Source of the DNA: Gammaproteobacteria bacterium
GTDB taxonomy: Bacteria > Pseudomonadota > Gammaproteobacteria > JAGOUU01
Direction: 5' to 3'
Length of the DNA stretch: 58,090 nucleotides
Assembly: GCA_018061105.1 (NCBI GenBank)
Contig: JAGOUU010000003.1
Coordinates: 1-58,090 of the forward strand
A program made the position numbers and the translations under genes. Positions 1 to 12,183 of the stretch are shown here, one piece after another (position 1 is the stretch's first letter; each line of letters begins with the position of its first letter). Under the pieces are notes generated by a model. It was given only the letters and a program-made list of their open reading frames with translations, was not told the origin of the DNA and did not search any database.

Positions 1-337
1 GCTCCAATCTATCATTATATTAGACTTATCCTATTTTATGAATTAATTTACAGAATATTTTCTGACCCAATATTTTCGAAATTTATAAACTTTTTTTACA
101 GAATATTTTTTAGCACTAATTTTATTAAAATAGGGTTACTACCCTATCTGGCGATGGCTCCAATCTATCATTATATTAGACTTATCCTATTTTATGAATT
201 AATTTACAGAATATTTTCTGACCCAATATTTTCGAAATTTATAAACTTTTTTTATAGAATATTTTTTAGCACTAATTTTATTAAAATAGGATTACTACCC
301 TATCTGAGGTTGGCTCCAATCTCTTATTATATTAGAC
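1..337. repeat. 156-bp direct tandem repeat, at least 2.2 copies, truncated by window start
   Basis: gctccaatct... restarts at 1, 157 and 313; the two full copies differ at only about 5 positions, 3 of them clustered at 151-154 vs 307-310. Confidence 0.95.
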
Positions 338-387
338 GTATACTATAGAGTCTAGCTGTATTAGCTTTTTAGCTTTTAGGAGACTTT

Positions 388-978
388 ATGATTTCTATTC
401 CTGTTATTTTAATTTTTTTACTCATACTTTTACCTACAGCTGTTTTTATCGGATGGCAAGCGCGCACATGGCTTGGACTACCATCAGAATTAGAAAAAAG
501 CTTGATTCTAGAACTTGAAGCAGCCAAAGATGAATTGAAAAAATACCAAATCGAAGTTAATAATCATTTTGAAAAAACTGCTCAATTATTTAATCAAGTT
601 TTACGACAGTCTAAACAGCTCTACGATCATTTATTAAACAGCTCTAAAGAACTGTGTTATCCTGATACAACTATCAGCAGTATGAATATAGTTAATACTG
701 ATCCAGAAAACTGGCAAGAGCTTATTATAAAACCTGCTCCTTTAAAAACTTCTAATTTTACTAATTTCGACACTAATTCTGAAAATGACGTTATTGATCA
801 TAATTGGCATCCTACTTATTTTGAGGCGCGCGATGCAACCAAGTTTGATCATTCCAAAATAACTGTTAAGCCTGTTTCTTCTGTAAATAAAACTGATAAA
901 ACTGATAAAACTGACTCGATTATACGAGAAGTAACTCAAGAATTAGAATTATCTAACGAGGAAAAGCTTAATGTTTAA
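388..978 (+). CDS. zapG: YhcB/ZapG (DUF1043) family membrane-anchored protein
   Basis: N-terminal TM, then ELKKYQIEVNNHFEKTAQLF...LYDHL coiled-coil; canonical position upstream of degQ. Confidence 0.8.
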   Translation: MISIPVILIFLLILLPTAVFIGWQARTWLGLPSELEKSLILELEAAKDELKKYQIEVNNHFEKTAQLFNQVLRQSKQLYDHLLNSSKELCYPDTTISSMNIVNTDPENWQELIIKPAPLKTSNFTNFDTNSENDVIDHNWHPTYFEARDATKFDHSKITVKPVSSVNKTDKTDKTDSIIREVTQELELSNEEKLNV

Positions 979-2386
979 AAAAAACAAAAAATTTAAAAAA
1001 ACTTTAACTAGCTTATCTATGTTATCTTGCTTGTCTCTATTGTCTCTATCGTTTTTACCATTTAAGCTTGTAGCTGGTGGTACTTTGTCGACTTTACCAC
1101 TATCTAATGATACTAGATCAACACTGTCACCCATGTTGAAACAGGCAATGCCTGCTGTAGTTAATATAAAAATATACAATAAACAAACCTACAACAGATT
1201 ACTACGTGAGCAAGAAGCTAATAACCCTAATCCCAATAAAATGCCACGTCTTCCAGAACATGGCATGGTCGGCATGGGCTCTGGTGTTATCGTTAATGCT
1301 AAAGAAGGAATTATCTTAACAAATAATCATGTCATAGCTGATGCGGAAAGCATTATAGTTACACTACATGATGGCCGTAAAGCTAATGCAAAATTAATAG
1401 GTACTGATCCAGATTCTGATTTAGCTGCAATTAAAATCTCAGCCGAAGGCTTAACAGAATTAAAGTTTGCTGACTCTGAAAAAACAGATATCGGCGATTT
1501 TGTTGTTGCTATTGGCAGTCCATTTGGGTTAAACCAAACTGTAACTTCTGGAATCGTTAGCGGTAAAGGGAGAATGATTGGTCTAGAGGGTTACGAAGAT
1601 TTTATCCAAACAGATGCTTCTATTAATCCAGGTAATTCTGGTGGTGCTTTAATTAATCTCAAAGGACAATTAATTGGTATCAATACGGCAATTTTAGCTC
1701 CTGATGGTGGCAGTATTGGTATAGGATTCGCCATTCCCACTAATATGGCTAGCGTTATTCTAGAACAATTATTACAGTTTGGAAAAGTTCGTCGTGGCTT
1801 ACTAGGCGTTGTAGCTCAAACTTTAACCCCAGAATTAGCTCTTGCTTTTGGCGACCCTAAAATCAAAGGAGCATTGATTGACACTATTGCTCGAGATTCT
1901 ATTGCTTATGACAGTGATCTAAAAGTCGGTGATATCATAGATGAAATTAACGACCGTAAAATTAATAGCGCAGCAGATTTACGTAACAGCATAGGTCTCA
2001 TCCCTATTAATCAAAGCATAAAAATTCATATCATTCGCAAAAATAAATCTCTGAATATTTCTTTAAAATTATTAGATCCTAAAGAGATGAAAACTAGAGC
2101 GCAAAAAATTTACCCTGCACTAGCTGGTGTTTATATTGATTCTATTAATAATGTCAATATACCTCATATGGGTACGATCAGCGGATTACAATTATTAGAT
2201 GTCGTTGTTGATAGCCCCGCATGGCAACAAGGTCTAAGGCCTAATGATATTATTATTTCTGCTAATAATAGAAAAACCTCTGATTTAAAAGAACTTGAGA
2301 AATCTATTTCTGATAAATCTAAGCCTCTGTTATTACAGATAGCAAGAAATAATGCTAGCTTTTTCATGGCGGTAAAGGCAGTCTGA
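971..2386 (+). CDS. degQ: Periplasmic HtrA serine protease Do/DegQ (protease + 2 PDZ)
   Basis: GSGVI, TNNHV, DSDLA, QTDASINPGNSGGAL motifs; signal peptide; two PDZ-like domains. Confidence 0.93.
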   Translation: MFKKNKKFKKTLTSLSMLSCLSLLSLSFLPFKLVAGGTLSTLPLSNDTRSTLSPMLKQAMPAVVNIKIYNKQTYNRLLREQEANNPNPNKMPRLPEHGMVGMGSGVIVNAKEGIILTNNHVIADAESIIVTLHDGRKANAKLIGTDPDSDLAAIKISAEGLTELKFADSEKTDIGDFVVAIGSPFGLNQTVTSGIVSGKGRMIGLEGYEDFIQTDASINPGNSGGALINLKGQLIGINTAILAPDGGSIGIGFAIPTNMASVILEQLLQFGKVRRGLLGVVAQTLTPELALAFGDPKIKGALIDTIARDSIAYDSDLKVGDIIDEINDRKINSAADLRNSIGLIPINQSIKIHIIRKNKSLNISLKLLDPKEMKTRAQKIYPALAGVYIDSINNVNIPHMGTISGLQLLDVVVDSPAWQQGLRPNDIIISANNRKTSDLKELEKSISDKSKPLLLQIARNNASFFMAVKAV

Positions 2387-2387
2387 T

Positions 2388-2420
2388 AAAAAAAAGCGAC
2401 TCACGTCGCTCTTTTTATTT
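2388..2420. terminator. Bidirectional intrinsic terminator
   Basis: A8-GCGAC-TCAC-GTCGC followed by T-rich run, between convergent genes. Confidence 0.85.
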
Positions 2421-2435
2421 TATTTTAATATTATA

Positions 2436-2924
2436 TTAGTTGGCTATATGAGTATTATCTGGGATATCAATAACTGTACTTGGTGCAGTTACATTATCAG
2501 TTTGAGCTTTTTTGAAATACATTTGTTGTTCATTACTTGCACGTGGACTAGTACAAGTAAGTAATGATGTCAGTACACAGTCACCATCTAATTTATTAAA
2601 GATAAAAGAGTTACAGCTATCATTACTCTTACATTGTATAGCACACTCAGCTAAAGTTGTTGACTGAAATCTGTCAATTTTATCAGTAGAATTATCTGCA
2701 TCATTAAGTACACAATCACCAGCAGCCCTGATCTCATAGTTTTCAGGAGCAGGCATTGATGTGCTATCTGTAATTGTTGTAGTGCTCTGAGTTTGGGTTT
2801 GTACTTGTGTTTGTGGCACAGGCGCAGGCTTAGTATTTACCATGGGTTCATTTTGACCCCCTAATGCTAAGTTGAAAGTTAATAAACTCAATAAACTACA
2901 GAAAGCTAATCTTTTGATTTTCAT
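2436..2924 (-). CDS. Secreted protein with PAN/Apple-like cysteine domain
   Basis: Signal peptide, P/T/Q-rich linker, TLAECAIQCKSNDSCNSFIFNKLDGDCVL matches the PAN C-x3-C-x5-C-x11-C pattern. Confidence 0.7.
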   Translation of the reverse strand: MKIKRLAFCSLLSLLTFNLALGGQNEPMVNTKPAPVPQTQVQTQTQSTTTITDSTSMPAPENYEIRAAGDCVLNDADNSTDKIDRFQSTTLAECAIQCKSNDSCNSFIFNKLDGDCVLTSLLTCTSPRASNEQQMYFKKAQTDNVTAPSTVIDIPDNTHIAN

Positions 2925-2992
2925 AATATCACCTAGTTATCGATAAATTTTAAATTCATACGGTAAAATAAGTGTAGACTAATTATCGAACG

Positions 2993-4493
<1,501 letters not shown>

Positions 4494-4497
<4 letters not shown>

Positions 4498-4811
4498 AAT
4501 ATTAAATTTTCTAAACCACTTAATTTTATTATAGACTGCATAGCTTCAGAAAGATTCTCAAAACTAACTTGTTTCTTTTGATTTCTCGCAAAAGCTAAGT
4601 AATGAACTAACAAGCTTACACCTGCACTGTCACTAAGAGTCACCAGAGCGAAATCAAAATGTGGTGAATCTGACTCAGTAATAAATTTTTCACCAGCGGG
4701 CATGATAGCATTTATATGCTCACGCGTAAACTTGCCTCTCAATTTACAGAAATTTTTGTTAGTTACTAAAATCTCTAGTTCTTGTTTACTATTACTCATT
4801 TCATTAATCAT
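4494..4811 (-). CDS. mlaB: STAS-domain subunit of Mla phospholipid transporter
   Basis: DSAGVSLL STAS motif; operon position. Confidence 0.85.
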
Positions 4812-5472
4812 TACACGTCATTTTGCCAGTACAGTTTTTGTCATGCATTTCTTTTATAATTGCATCAGGATCTTTTTGCTTTCTAAATTTACTTGCAAAC
4901 ACTGTTCGATAAGAATCAACAATACTGACATTATCGACGCTTAAATCATAGGCCTTCCACTCATTAGCATTGTTTACTAAGCGAAACTTAACAATATTGT
5001 CAGGTTGTCTGTTCTGATGAATTGTAGAAGAAATTTCTACACGTTGAACATCTCCTATTTTCGGTAACGTCCTAACTGGACAATGGAATTCAACTGTTTG
5101 ATCATCATAGGCTTCAAAAGCTACACCATAAGTGCGAATCATAAGTCGAGAAAACTCTTTAACAAAGTTTTGTTTTTGTTGATCGTTTAATTTTTTCCAG
5201 TTACTAGTTAAGACTAGTTGGGCCATTATTTTAAAATCCGCCTTTGGTACTAAATATTTATCAATAATTTTATAAGCTACTTTACGATCTTTAGAAATTG
5301 CAGCTTTTTTCTGTTTCAGTACAACTAAAATTTCATCCACTGCTGATTTAACTTCGGCAACAGCAGGCTCGGATAAACAACTTGTATTGGCGGCATAACT
5401 AGATAAAACTAAGAAATAAGCGCCAATAACGCTAATAACCGGGGCAATAAAAACTTTTTTTAATTTAAACAT
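4804..5472 (-). CDS. mlaC: Periplasmic phospholipid shuttle MlaC/Ttg2D
   Basis: DFKIMAQLVL, WKAYDLSVDNVSIVDSYR; operon position. Confidence 0.9.
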   Translation of the reverse strand: MFKLKKVFIAPVISVIGAYFLVLSSYAANTSCLSEPAVAEVKSAVDEILVVLKQKKAAISKDRKVAYKIIDKYLVPKADFKIMAQLVLTSNWKKLNDQQKQNFVKEFSRLMIRTYGVAFEAYDDQTVEFHCPVRTLPKIGDVQRVEISSTIHQNRQPDNIVKFRLVNNANEWKAYDLSVDNVSIVDSYRTVFASKFRKQKDPDAIIKEMHDKNCTGKMTCND

Positions 5473-5474
5473 AT

Positions 5475-5957
5475 TTAGTTCTCTTCTGTTTTTGAAAATA
5501 AATATTTACTAATGAGATCTTCTAATACTAGTGCTGAATTTGTATCTCCTATAGTCTCACCAAAATGGAGATTTGTGTCGCTTGCACCAGGAGTCAATGC
5601 TATATAGTTATCTCCAATTAATCCTGCTGTACGAATACTAGCTGACGAATCAACTGGTAGCATATTAGCTAAACTTGGATTGAGACTCATTTCAACAATA
5701 GCGTCATAATTTCCCGGCTCAGTGCTTAACGTAATATTTTTTACCCGTCCAATATTAACACCGCTCATCGTAACCCGCGATCTTGGTTTAAGACCACCAA
5801 TATTAGAAAAATTTGCTTTTAAGACAAAACTCTCGTCCTGCCAAGAAAAATCTTGTAAGCCACTAACTTTGAGAGCTAATAATAAAAACGCAAGAATTCC
5901 AGATAAAACAAAAAGCCCAACAACAAAATTTAAAGAATCATTGCTTCTCATGCTCAC
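5475..5957 (-). CDS. mlaD: MCE-domain protein MlaD
   Basis: FSNIGGLK...[30 protein letters not shown]; likely ATG start at 5951. Confidence 0.93.
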   Translation of the reverse strand: MSMRSNDSLNFVVGLFVLSGILAFLLLALKVSGLQDFSWQDESFVLKANFSNIGGLKPRSRVTMSGVNIGRVKNITLSTEPGNYDAIVEMSLNPSLANMLPVDSSASIRTAGLIGDNYIALTPGASDTNLHFGETIGDTNSALVLEDLISKYLFSKTEEN

Positions 5958-6775
5958 GCGAGGCCTCCAAACATAAGTGCAGTAAGCACAAAGTCTAACG
6001 ATAATATTAATAAAGAACTAAAAACTACTGTTCTTGTAGTTGCCATACTTATACCTTCAGAAGTCGGTGCGGCTTGCAAGCCTTGATATAAAGCAACCCA
6101 GGTAACGACAAAACTAAAAAATAGAGATTTAATTATGCCATTAAAAACATCTTCTTTGAAGTCCACAGCTGCACGCATATTAGACCAAAAAGAACCTGAA
6201 TCTAAGCCTAGCCATTCAACAGCCACTAAAAAGCCACCCCAAATTGCTACAATATTAAAAATGACAGTCAATAAGGGCAGAGAATAAAAACCCGCCCAAA
6301 ATCTTGGTGTTACTATTCTATGTATGGGATCGATCCCCATCATTTGTAAACTTGATAATTGCTCCGTAGCTTTCATATGACCTATTTCAGCTGTTAATGC
6401 CGATCCGGCACGACCTGCAAACAATAATGCTCCGACTACAGGGCCTAACTCACGCACTAAACTTAAAGCAATTAATTGTCCCACAGTTTCATCAGCACCA
6501 TATTTAACTAATATAGTATAGCCTTGTAATCCTAAAACCATACCTATAAAAAAAGACGCTGCTAATATAATTGGTAAAGACAAGACCCCAACGGCATATA
6601 ATTGCTTAACTAATAACGGAAACCCTTTTCTATAATTAGGAAAATGAAAAATGGACATAAATAACAAAATTGATGCCTGACCAATTTTTTCGATCAGAGT
6701 AACTGTAGTTTCACCAAGTTGATTAATATAATTAATCAACCAAGTTATTTTGTCGTTTTTTAAAAAATTACTCAT
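5954..6775 (-). CDS. mlaE: Mla ABC permease
   Basis: [38 protein letters not shown]. Confidence 0.95.
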   Translation of the reverse strand: MSNFLKNDKITWLINYINQLGETTVTLIEKIGQASILLFMSIFHFPNYRKGFPLLVKQLYAVGVLSLPIILAASFFIGMVLGLQGYTILVKYGADETVGQLIALSLVRELGPVVGALLFAGRAGSALTAEIGHMKATEQLSSLQMMGIDPIHRIVTPRFWAGFYSLPLLTVIFNIVAIWGGFLVAVEWLGLDSGSFWSNMRAAVDFKEDVFNGIIKSLFFSFVVTWVALYQGLQAAPTSEGISMATTRTVVFSSLLILSLDFVLTALMFGGLA

Positions 6776-6806
6776 TTTAATTTATTTTTTATATTAATAC
6801 ATCAAA

Positions 6807-7604
6807 TCAAATAGCCATCAATTGCTCTGAATAGTCCTGAGCAGGATAATGAAATCTCACTGGACCATCAGGAAGACCATTAAGAAATTGCTGGACCTTA
6901 TCGGAGCTACTTTGTTTTAACTCATTCGGCGTACCCTGTCCAATTATTTTACCATCAGCAATCACATAAGCATAATCAGCTATTGATAATGTTTCTGGCA
7001 CATCATGAGAAACTAAGACAGAGGTAATCTTCATCGCTTCATTAAGTGACTTTATCAACTTCACTAAAATGCCTTTACTGATAGGATCTTGACCAGTAAA
7101 CGGCTCATCATACATAATAAATTTTGGGTCAAGGGCAATAGCTCTAGCTAATGCCACTCGACGCGCCATCCCTCCTGATAACTCATCAGGGTATAAAGCT
7201 ACAGCCCCACGCAGTCCCACGGCATCAAGTTTCATCAGTACCAATGTTTTTATCAATTGTTCCGATAGATTTGTATGCTCTCGTAGTGGATAAGCAACGT
7301 TATCAAACACATTCACATCTGAAAACAGTGCTCCCGTTTGAAAAAGCATGCCCATGTTTTCCCGCGTTTTATACAATTTTTTGCGAGTTAATTCATGTAT
7401 ATTATGACCATCATAGAAAATCTGACCTTCTTTAGGGTATAACAAGGCCGACATTAATTTTAAAATAGTTGTTTTGCCTGCGCCGCTCGGACCCATGATG
7501 GCGGTAATTTTCCCCTCAGCAATATTTAGATCGACTTTATTAAAGATTATCCGAGAATTGCGAACAAAAGTTAGCCCCCTGATTTCTATTAAATTTTTAG
7601 CCAT
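6807..7604 (-). CDS. mlaF: Mla ABC ATPase
   Basis: GPSGAGKT, LSGGMARRVALARA, YDEPFTGQDP, GPVRFHYP. Confidence 0.95.
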   Translation of the reverse strand: MAKNLIEIRGLTFVRNSRIIFNKVDLNIAEGKITAIMGPSGAGKTTILKLMSALLYPKEGQIFYDGHNIHELTRKKLYKTRENMGMLFQTGALFSDVNVFDNVAYPLREHTNLSEQLIKTLVLMKLDAVGLRGAVALYPDELSGGMARRVALARAIALDPKFIMYDEPFTGQDPISKGILVKLIKSLNEAMKITSVLVSHDVPETLSIADYAYVIADGKIIGQGTPNELKQSSSDKVQQFLNGLPDGPVRFHYPAQDYSEQLMAI

Positions 7605-7773
7605 TTTATCTATTATTTTATTATTAATTATTTATTTTTACTTACAACTATTTAACCACTTGTTCTTATTAAAATAACCTATTAAAACCAATAATAAAAG
7701 TTAATGCTAACTAATTTAAACAAATAATTTTTAGGGTATAATATAATTTAATATATATAAGCTTTTAAATATT

Positions 7774-8838
7774 ATGCCTGCCTCTACTATAGACAACTTA
7801 GATAAATTAGATAAATTAGCTTACTCAACAAACACCCATGCTCAATTGTTACAAACAGCTAAACAGGTGATACTAACCGAGCAACAAGCTGTTTCTAGAT
7901 TATTAGACAGCATCAATGACGACTTTATTAAAGCTTGCGAGTTACTAATCAACTGCAAAGGCCGAATAGTTGTGACTGGTATTGGCAAATCTGGTCATAT
8001 AGGCAACAAAATAGCTGCTAGCTTTGCTAGTCTAGGCTCACCAGCCTTTTTCTTGCATGCTGCCGAGGCCCTACATGGCGATATAGGCATGCTAGCCCCT
8101 AATGATATAGTCATTGCTTTATCTTATTCGGGCTCTAGTAATGAAATTCTTGGTCTTATTCCTAGCATTAAATACTTAAATATTCCTATTATTGCTATTA
8201 CAGGCGATCCTAATTCTCTATTAGCGCATCAGGCAGACATTCATTTAGCTATTTCTATAGATAAAGAAGCTTGTTATTTGAATTTAGCCCCTACTGCCAG
8301 TACCACGGCTACTTTAGTATTAGCAGATGCTTTAACTATGGCTGTTACTAGAGCCAAACAATTCACCGAGGCAGATTTTGCGCGCTCACACCCTGGCGGC
8401 AATTTAGGTCGCAGATTACTACTTACAGTCGCTGATATCATGGTAACAAAAGACAAATTACCTTTAGCATCACTAGATACTAATTTAGCTGAAGTTTTAC
8501 TTATTATGAGCAGTAAAGGCCTAGGCATGGTAGCAATCGTCGACTTAAATAATCACCAAGAAATATTGGGTATCTTTACCGACGGCGATCTCAGGCGTTT
8601 TTTCAATAGTGGTTCGAATAATAATTCTCAGCTAAAATTGCAATCACTTGAACAAATTAAGATCAGTACTATTATGAGAACAAATTGCACCACTGTTCCT
8701 GAAAATACTTTGGCTGTAAATGCTTGGCAAATTATGTCTAGCAAAAAAATAAATGGCTTATTAATAACAGAGCCTGATACTAATTATTTGATTGGCATGT
8801 TAAACATTCATAGTTTAACCGCCGCTAAAATTATTTAA
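7774..8838 (+). CDS. kdsD: Arabinose-5-phosphate isomerase (SIS + CBS)
   Basis: GIGKSGHIG, EALHGDIG, APTASTT, HPGGNLG, C-terminal CBS pair. Confidence 0.95.
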   Translation: MPASTIDNLDKLDKLAYSTNTHAQLLQTAKQVILTEQQAVSRLLDSINDDFIKACELLINCKGRIVVTGIGKSGHIGNKIAASFASLGSPAFFLHAAEALHGDIGMLAPNDIVIALSYSGSSNEILGLIPSIKYLNIPIIAITGDPNSLLAHQADIHLAISIDKEACYLNLAPTASTTATLVLADALTMAVTRAKQFTEADFARSHPGGNLGRRLLLTVADIMVTKDKLPLASLDTNLAEVLLIMSSKGLGMVAIVDLNNHQEILGIFTDGDLRRFFNSGSNNNSQLKLQSLEQIKISTIMRTNCTTVPENTLAVNAWQIMSSKKINGLLITEPDTNYLIGMLNIHSLTAAKII

Positions 8839-8842
8839 ATTT

Positions 8843-9379
8843 ATGACTGAAAATATTAATAAACTAGCCAAAAATATAAAATTACTTATTCTAGATGTAG
8901 ACGGCGTCTTAACTAGTAGCCAGATTGTGTACGATAACTCTGGTAATGAACTGAAATTTTTCAATGTCAAAGACGGCATAGCGATCAAACACCTGCAGCA
9001 ATCAGGCGTAAAAGTCGCTATTATTTCTGCCCGGGAATCCTTAGCCGTTACAAAACGAGCAGAAGAATTACAAATTAAATTTTTATACCAAAATCAATCA
9101 ACAAAAACCGCAGCTTACAAAGAATTAATAAGCTTACTAAATCTTGATCACTCTGCAGTAGCCTATCTAGGAGATGACTGGACAGATTTACCTATCTTAT
9201 TACAAGTTGGGCTACCAGCAGTCGTCAATGATGCTGAGCCGTTACTAATCCCTCATGCTAAATATGTTACTCAACAAAAGGGTGGCGCTGCTGCAGCTCG
9301 TGAATTAATTTACTTGATTATGCAAGCGCAAAACACTTTTGACATGATAGTCAAAAAATATTATGAAACTACTAACTAA
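8843..9379 (+). CDS. kdsC: KDO 8-phosphate phosphatase (HAD)
   Basis: LILDVDGVLT, FNVKDG, YLGDDWTD, GGAAAARE. Confidence 0.93.
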   Translation: MTENINKLAKNIKLLILDVDGVLTSSQIVYDNSGNELKFFNVKDGIAIKHLQQSGVKVAIISARESLAVTKRAEELQIKFLYQNQSTKTAAYKELISLLNLDHSAVAYLGDDWTDLPILLQVGLPAVVNDAEPLLIPHAKYVTQQKGGAAAARELIYLIMQAQNTFDMIVKKYYETTN

Positions 9380-10016
9380 AACACCATTCTTTTTATTCAT
9401 TTTAACTTTACTAGTCATAACTGCCCTATTCTATGCAAGCTATGAGAGCAGCTCTGCAGGTAATTATAATTTAATACCTGCTAAAACTGAAAAACCAAAA
9501 TCAGTTAATTTTTTTATTCAATCAATGGAATTAATTATTAACAATGAACAAGGCTCGCATAAAGCTGTTCTAATCTCGCCAAAAGTCAACCATGATCCTA
9601 GTCAAAATATTACAAAATTACTTGAACCTGTTTTAATTCTCAACCAAGATAATGTAACTTGGAGAATTACAGCAAACAACGGGCAAATTATTCACGATAA
9701 TAAAAAAATCAAACAAATTGAGAAAATAATTTTATCAGACAAAGTAAAAATAATAAGAACAGCTTTAACAAGCACGCCCAATAAAACTAAAACTAATGCT
9801 AATACAAATAATCTAAATAATAATAATTTATCATTTTTGGACTTAGAAACTGAAGAATTAACTTATTTTCCTAAAGAAGATATATTATCTAATAATAAAA
9901 AAGTTACTATAAAAACTAAAGAAAGCATCACTACAGCTATAGGTTTAAAATTTCATAAACCAACCCAAAAATTAGAATTGTTGTCAAACGTTAAAAGCGT
10001 TTATTATGATAAGTAA
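9363..10016 (+). CDS. lptC: LPS export protein LptC
   Basis: N-terminal TM, beta-jellyroll-like sequence, position kdsC-lptC-lptA. Confidence 0.8.
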   Translation: MKLLTKTPFFLFILTLLVITALFYASYESSSAGNYNLIPAKTEKPKSVNFFIQSMELIINNEQGSHKAVLISPKVNHDPSQNITKLLEPVLILNQDNVTWRITANNGQIIHDNKKIKQIEKIILSDKVKIIRTALTSTPNKTKTNANTNNLNNNNLSFLDLETEELTYFPKEDILSNNKKVTIKTKESITTAIGLKFHKPTQKLELLSNVKSVYYDK

Positions 10017-10561
10017 TGATTATAAAAATTAAAACTCCCTTAAAATTTTACTTATTGATATTAGTATTAATAACTAATTATTCATATAGTATTACTAAAA
10101 ACAATACAGAGCCTGTCGTAATTACTGCAGATTATTTTACTATTGATTATATAAACGGCTACGCTCTTTATTCTAAAAAAGTTCATTTAACTCAAGCAAC
10201 ACGAAGTCTTAGTTCTGACAATATTATTGTATATTTTAATAAATCTAACAAAAATGATTCGGTTAAACTTATAACAGCATCAAATAATACTAAACGACCA
10301 GTAACTTATACTGAAAAAAGCTCTAAGAACCAACCCATTGTCGCAATGGCAGATATTATAAAATTTGATCCAGTTGCGAATAAACTTATTTTTGAAAAAA
10401 ATGCGCATATTGAACAAAATAATAGAACTTTGTCTAGTCAATTGATTTACTATGATTTAGAAAAAGAAACTGCTTATATGCCAAAAATTAATCAACAACG
10501 AACAAAATTGATTCTAGGCTCACAGCGCTATCCATATTCACAAATCTCACAAAACTCATGA
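10016..10561 (+). CDS. lptA: LPS transport periplasmic protein LptA
   Basis: Signal peptide, PVVITAD, VHLTQ, IYYDL OstA-like motifs; synteny. Confidence 0.8.
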   Translation: MIIKIKTPLKFYLLILVLITNYSYSITKNNTEPVVITADYFTIDYINGYALYSKKVHLTQATRSLSSDNIIVYFNKSNKNDSVKLITASNNTKRPVTYTEKSSKNQPIVAMADIIKFDPVANKLIFEKNAHIEQNNRTLSSQLIYYDLEKETAYMPKINQQRTKLILGSQRYPYSQISQNS

Positions 10562-11289
10562 AAACAAATATTTTAACTGTTAGTAATATTGCAAAAAAAT
10601 ATAACCAAAAAGAAGTTTTAATCGACGTTTCTTTCAGCTTAAGAAGCGGTGAAGTTATTGGTTTATTAGGCCCAAACGGAGCTGGTAAAACTACTTGTTT
10701 TTATTCTGTGCTTGGCTTAGTAGCACCGGATGCAGGAAATATATTTCTTAATGACCAAAATATAACTAACCACCCTATTCATCAACGGGCGCTAGCAGGC
10801 ATTGGCTATCTGCCTCAAGAACCCTCTATATTTAGAAAATTAACCGTTTCTGACAATATTTTGGCTATTTTAGAGACGCGTGATGATTTAAATAAACAGC
10901 AAAGAAGCCAAGTTTTAGCTGATTTATTAACCGAATTTCAAATTAATCATATCGCTAATACTTTAGGTATTAGGCTATCAGGTGGCGAACGTCGCAGGGT
11001 TGAAATTGCAAGAACCATTGCACGAAACCCAAAATTTGTTCTTATGGATGAACCATTTGCCGGTATCGCCCCTATAGCCATTCAAGATATCAAAAAAATT
11101 ATTAAGCAACTATGCAACAAAAATATTGGTGTTTTAATTACTGATCATAATGTCCGAGATACTTTGGCTATTTGTGACAAAGCCTATATAGTAAACGGTG
11201 GTTATATCATTGCTTCTGGCACTCCAGAGTATATACTGGCTAATAGCGAAGTAAAAGATGTTTACTTAGGAGAAGCCTTTACTTATTAG
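10558..11289 (+). CDS. lptB: LPS export ABC ATPase
   Basis: [45 protein letters not shown]. Confidence 0.96.
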   Translation: MKTNILTVSNIAKKYNQKEVLIDVSFSLRSGEVIGLLGPNGAGKTTCFYSVLGLVAPDAGNIFLNDQNITNHPIHQRALAGIGYLPQEPSIFRKLTVSDNILAILETRDDLNKQQRSQVLADLLTEFQINHIANTLGIRLSGGERRRVEIARTIARNPKFVLMDEPFAGIAPIAIQDIKKIIKQLCNKNIGVLITDHNVRDTLAICDKAYIVNGGYIIASGTPEYILANSEVKDVYLGEAFTY

Positions 11290-11346
11290 TAGCTTTGATT
11301 AATAATAAACTAATAGATAAATTAAGTAGATGAATTAAGGATAGTT

Positions 11347-11694
11347 ATGAACTTAGATATCACTGGCAAACATATGGAGATCACGCAACCCTTACGTGAT
11401 TATGTTAATAAAAAATTTGTTCGAGTAAAAGATCATATTGATTATGTAACTTCTGCTCATGTCGTCTTAACTGTAGAAAAATTAGAACAAAAAGCTGAGA
11501 TCCAAATTCATCTGACTGGCCGAGAGCTCTTTGCTTCAGCGATCGATTCAGACATGTATGCAGCAATCGATGCAATGATGGATAAAGTACACCGTCAGGC
11601 TATTAAACATAAAGAAAAACTAACATCTCACAAGGATAAAGATAATTTAAATCTAGACCCTGATGATTCATCTGATGATTCAGAATCTGAATAG
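11347..11694 (+). CDS. hpf: Ribosome hibernation promoting factor
   Basis: MNLDITGKHMEIT..LRDYV..K, DMYAAID..MDK..RQ..KHKEK. Confidence 0.93.
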   Translation: MNLDITGKHMEITQPLRDYVNKKFVRVKDHIDYVTSAHVVLTVEKLEQKAEIQIHLTGRELFASAIDSDMYAAIDAMMDKVHRQAIKHKEKLTSHKDKDNLNLDPDDSSDDSESE

Positions 11695-12178
11695 TAATAT
11701 TAGTGATATAATTACATTAAATAATATTGTATACAACGCTAATTTATACAATAAAAGTCAAGTGTTGCAATTTATTACTGATTTATTCTGCCGTCAGGCT
11801 CCTAATTTAAATAATAATACCGTCTTCAGCTCATTGTTGACTCGAGAGCATCACAACACTACAGCAATTGGACATGGCTTAGCTCTGCCTCATTGCCGCT
11901 CTGAATATATTCAACAACCTCTAGCCTGTATTTTATTATTAAATCACAGTATTAATTATAATACTGAAAATAATACTAAAAATTTTGAACCACAGCTTGT
12001 CAAAATAGTTTTCGGCATTATGGTCCCCGAGAGTAACCATAAGCAGCATTTACTTTTTTTAGCGCAAATTGCAAAATTATTAAGCAAAACAGAAATACGA
12101 AAAAATCTTGAATCTGCAGAAAATGCTAGAGAAGTTTATAATTTAATTAGTTTAATTAACCGATATGAAGATAAATAA
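11663..12178 (+). CDS. ptsN: PTS EIIA(Ntr)
   Basis: TREHHNTTAIGHGLALPHCR phospho-His motif; position hpf-ptsN-rapZ; start uncertain. Confidence 0.85.
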   Translation: MIHLMIQNLNSNISDIITLNNIVYNANLYNKSQVLQFITDLFCRQAPNLNNNTVFSSLLTREHHNTTAIGHGLALPHCRSEYIQQPLACILLLNHSINYNTENNTKNFEPQLVKIVFGIMVPESNHKQHLLFLAQIAKLLSKTEIRKNLESAENAREVYNLISLINRYEDK

Positions 12179-12183
12179 TCCAT

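Noticed and set aside
1-337. CRISPR array or fluoride riboswitch (GGCGATGG at 150-157)
   Set aside because: Units are near-identical over 156 bp with no unique spacers and no cas genes; the riboswitch continuation (AGTTCGCC and pseudoknot) is missing
154-348. 64-aa ORF as a stand-alone gene
   Set aside because: It is part of a frame open from position 1 inside the repeat, its ATG lies in the variable patch, and no RBS is evident; kept only as an alternative hypothesis
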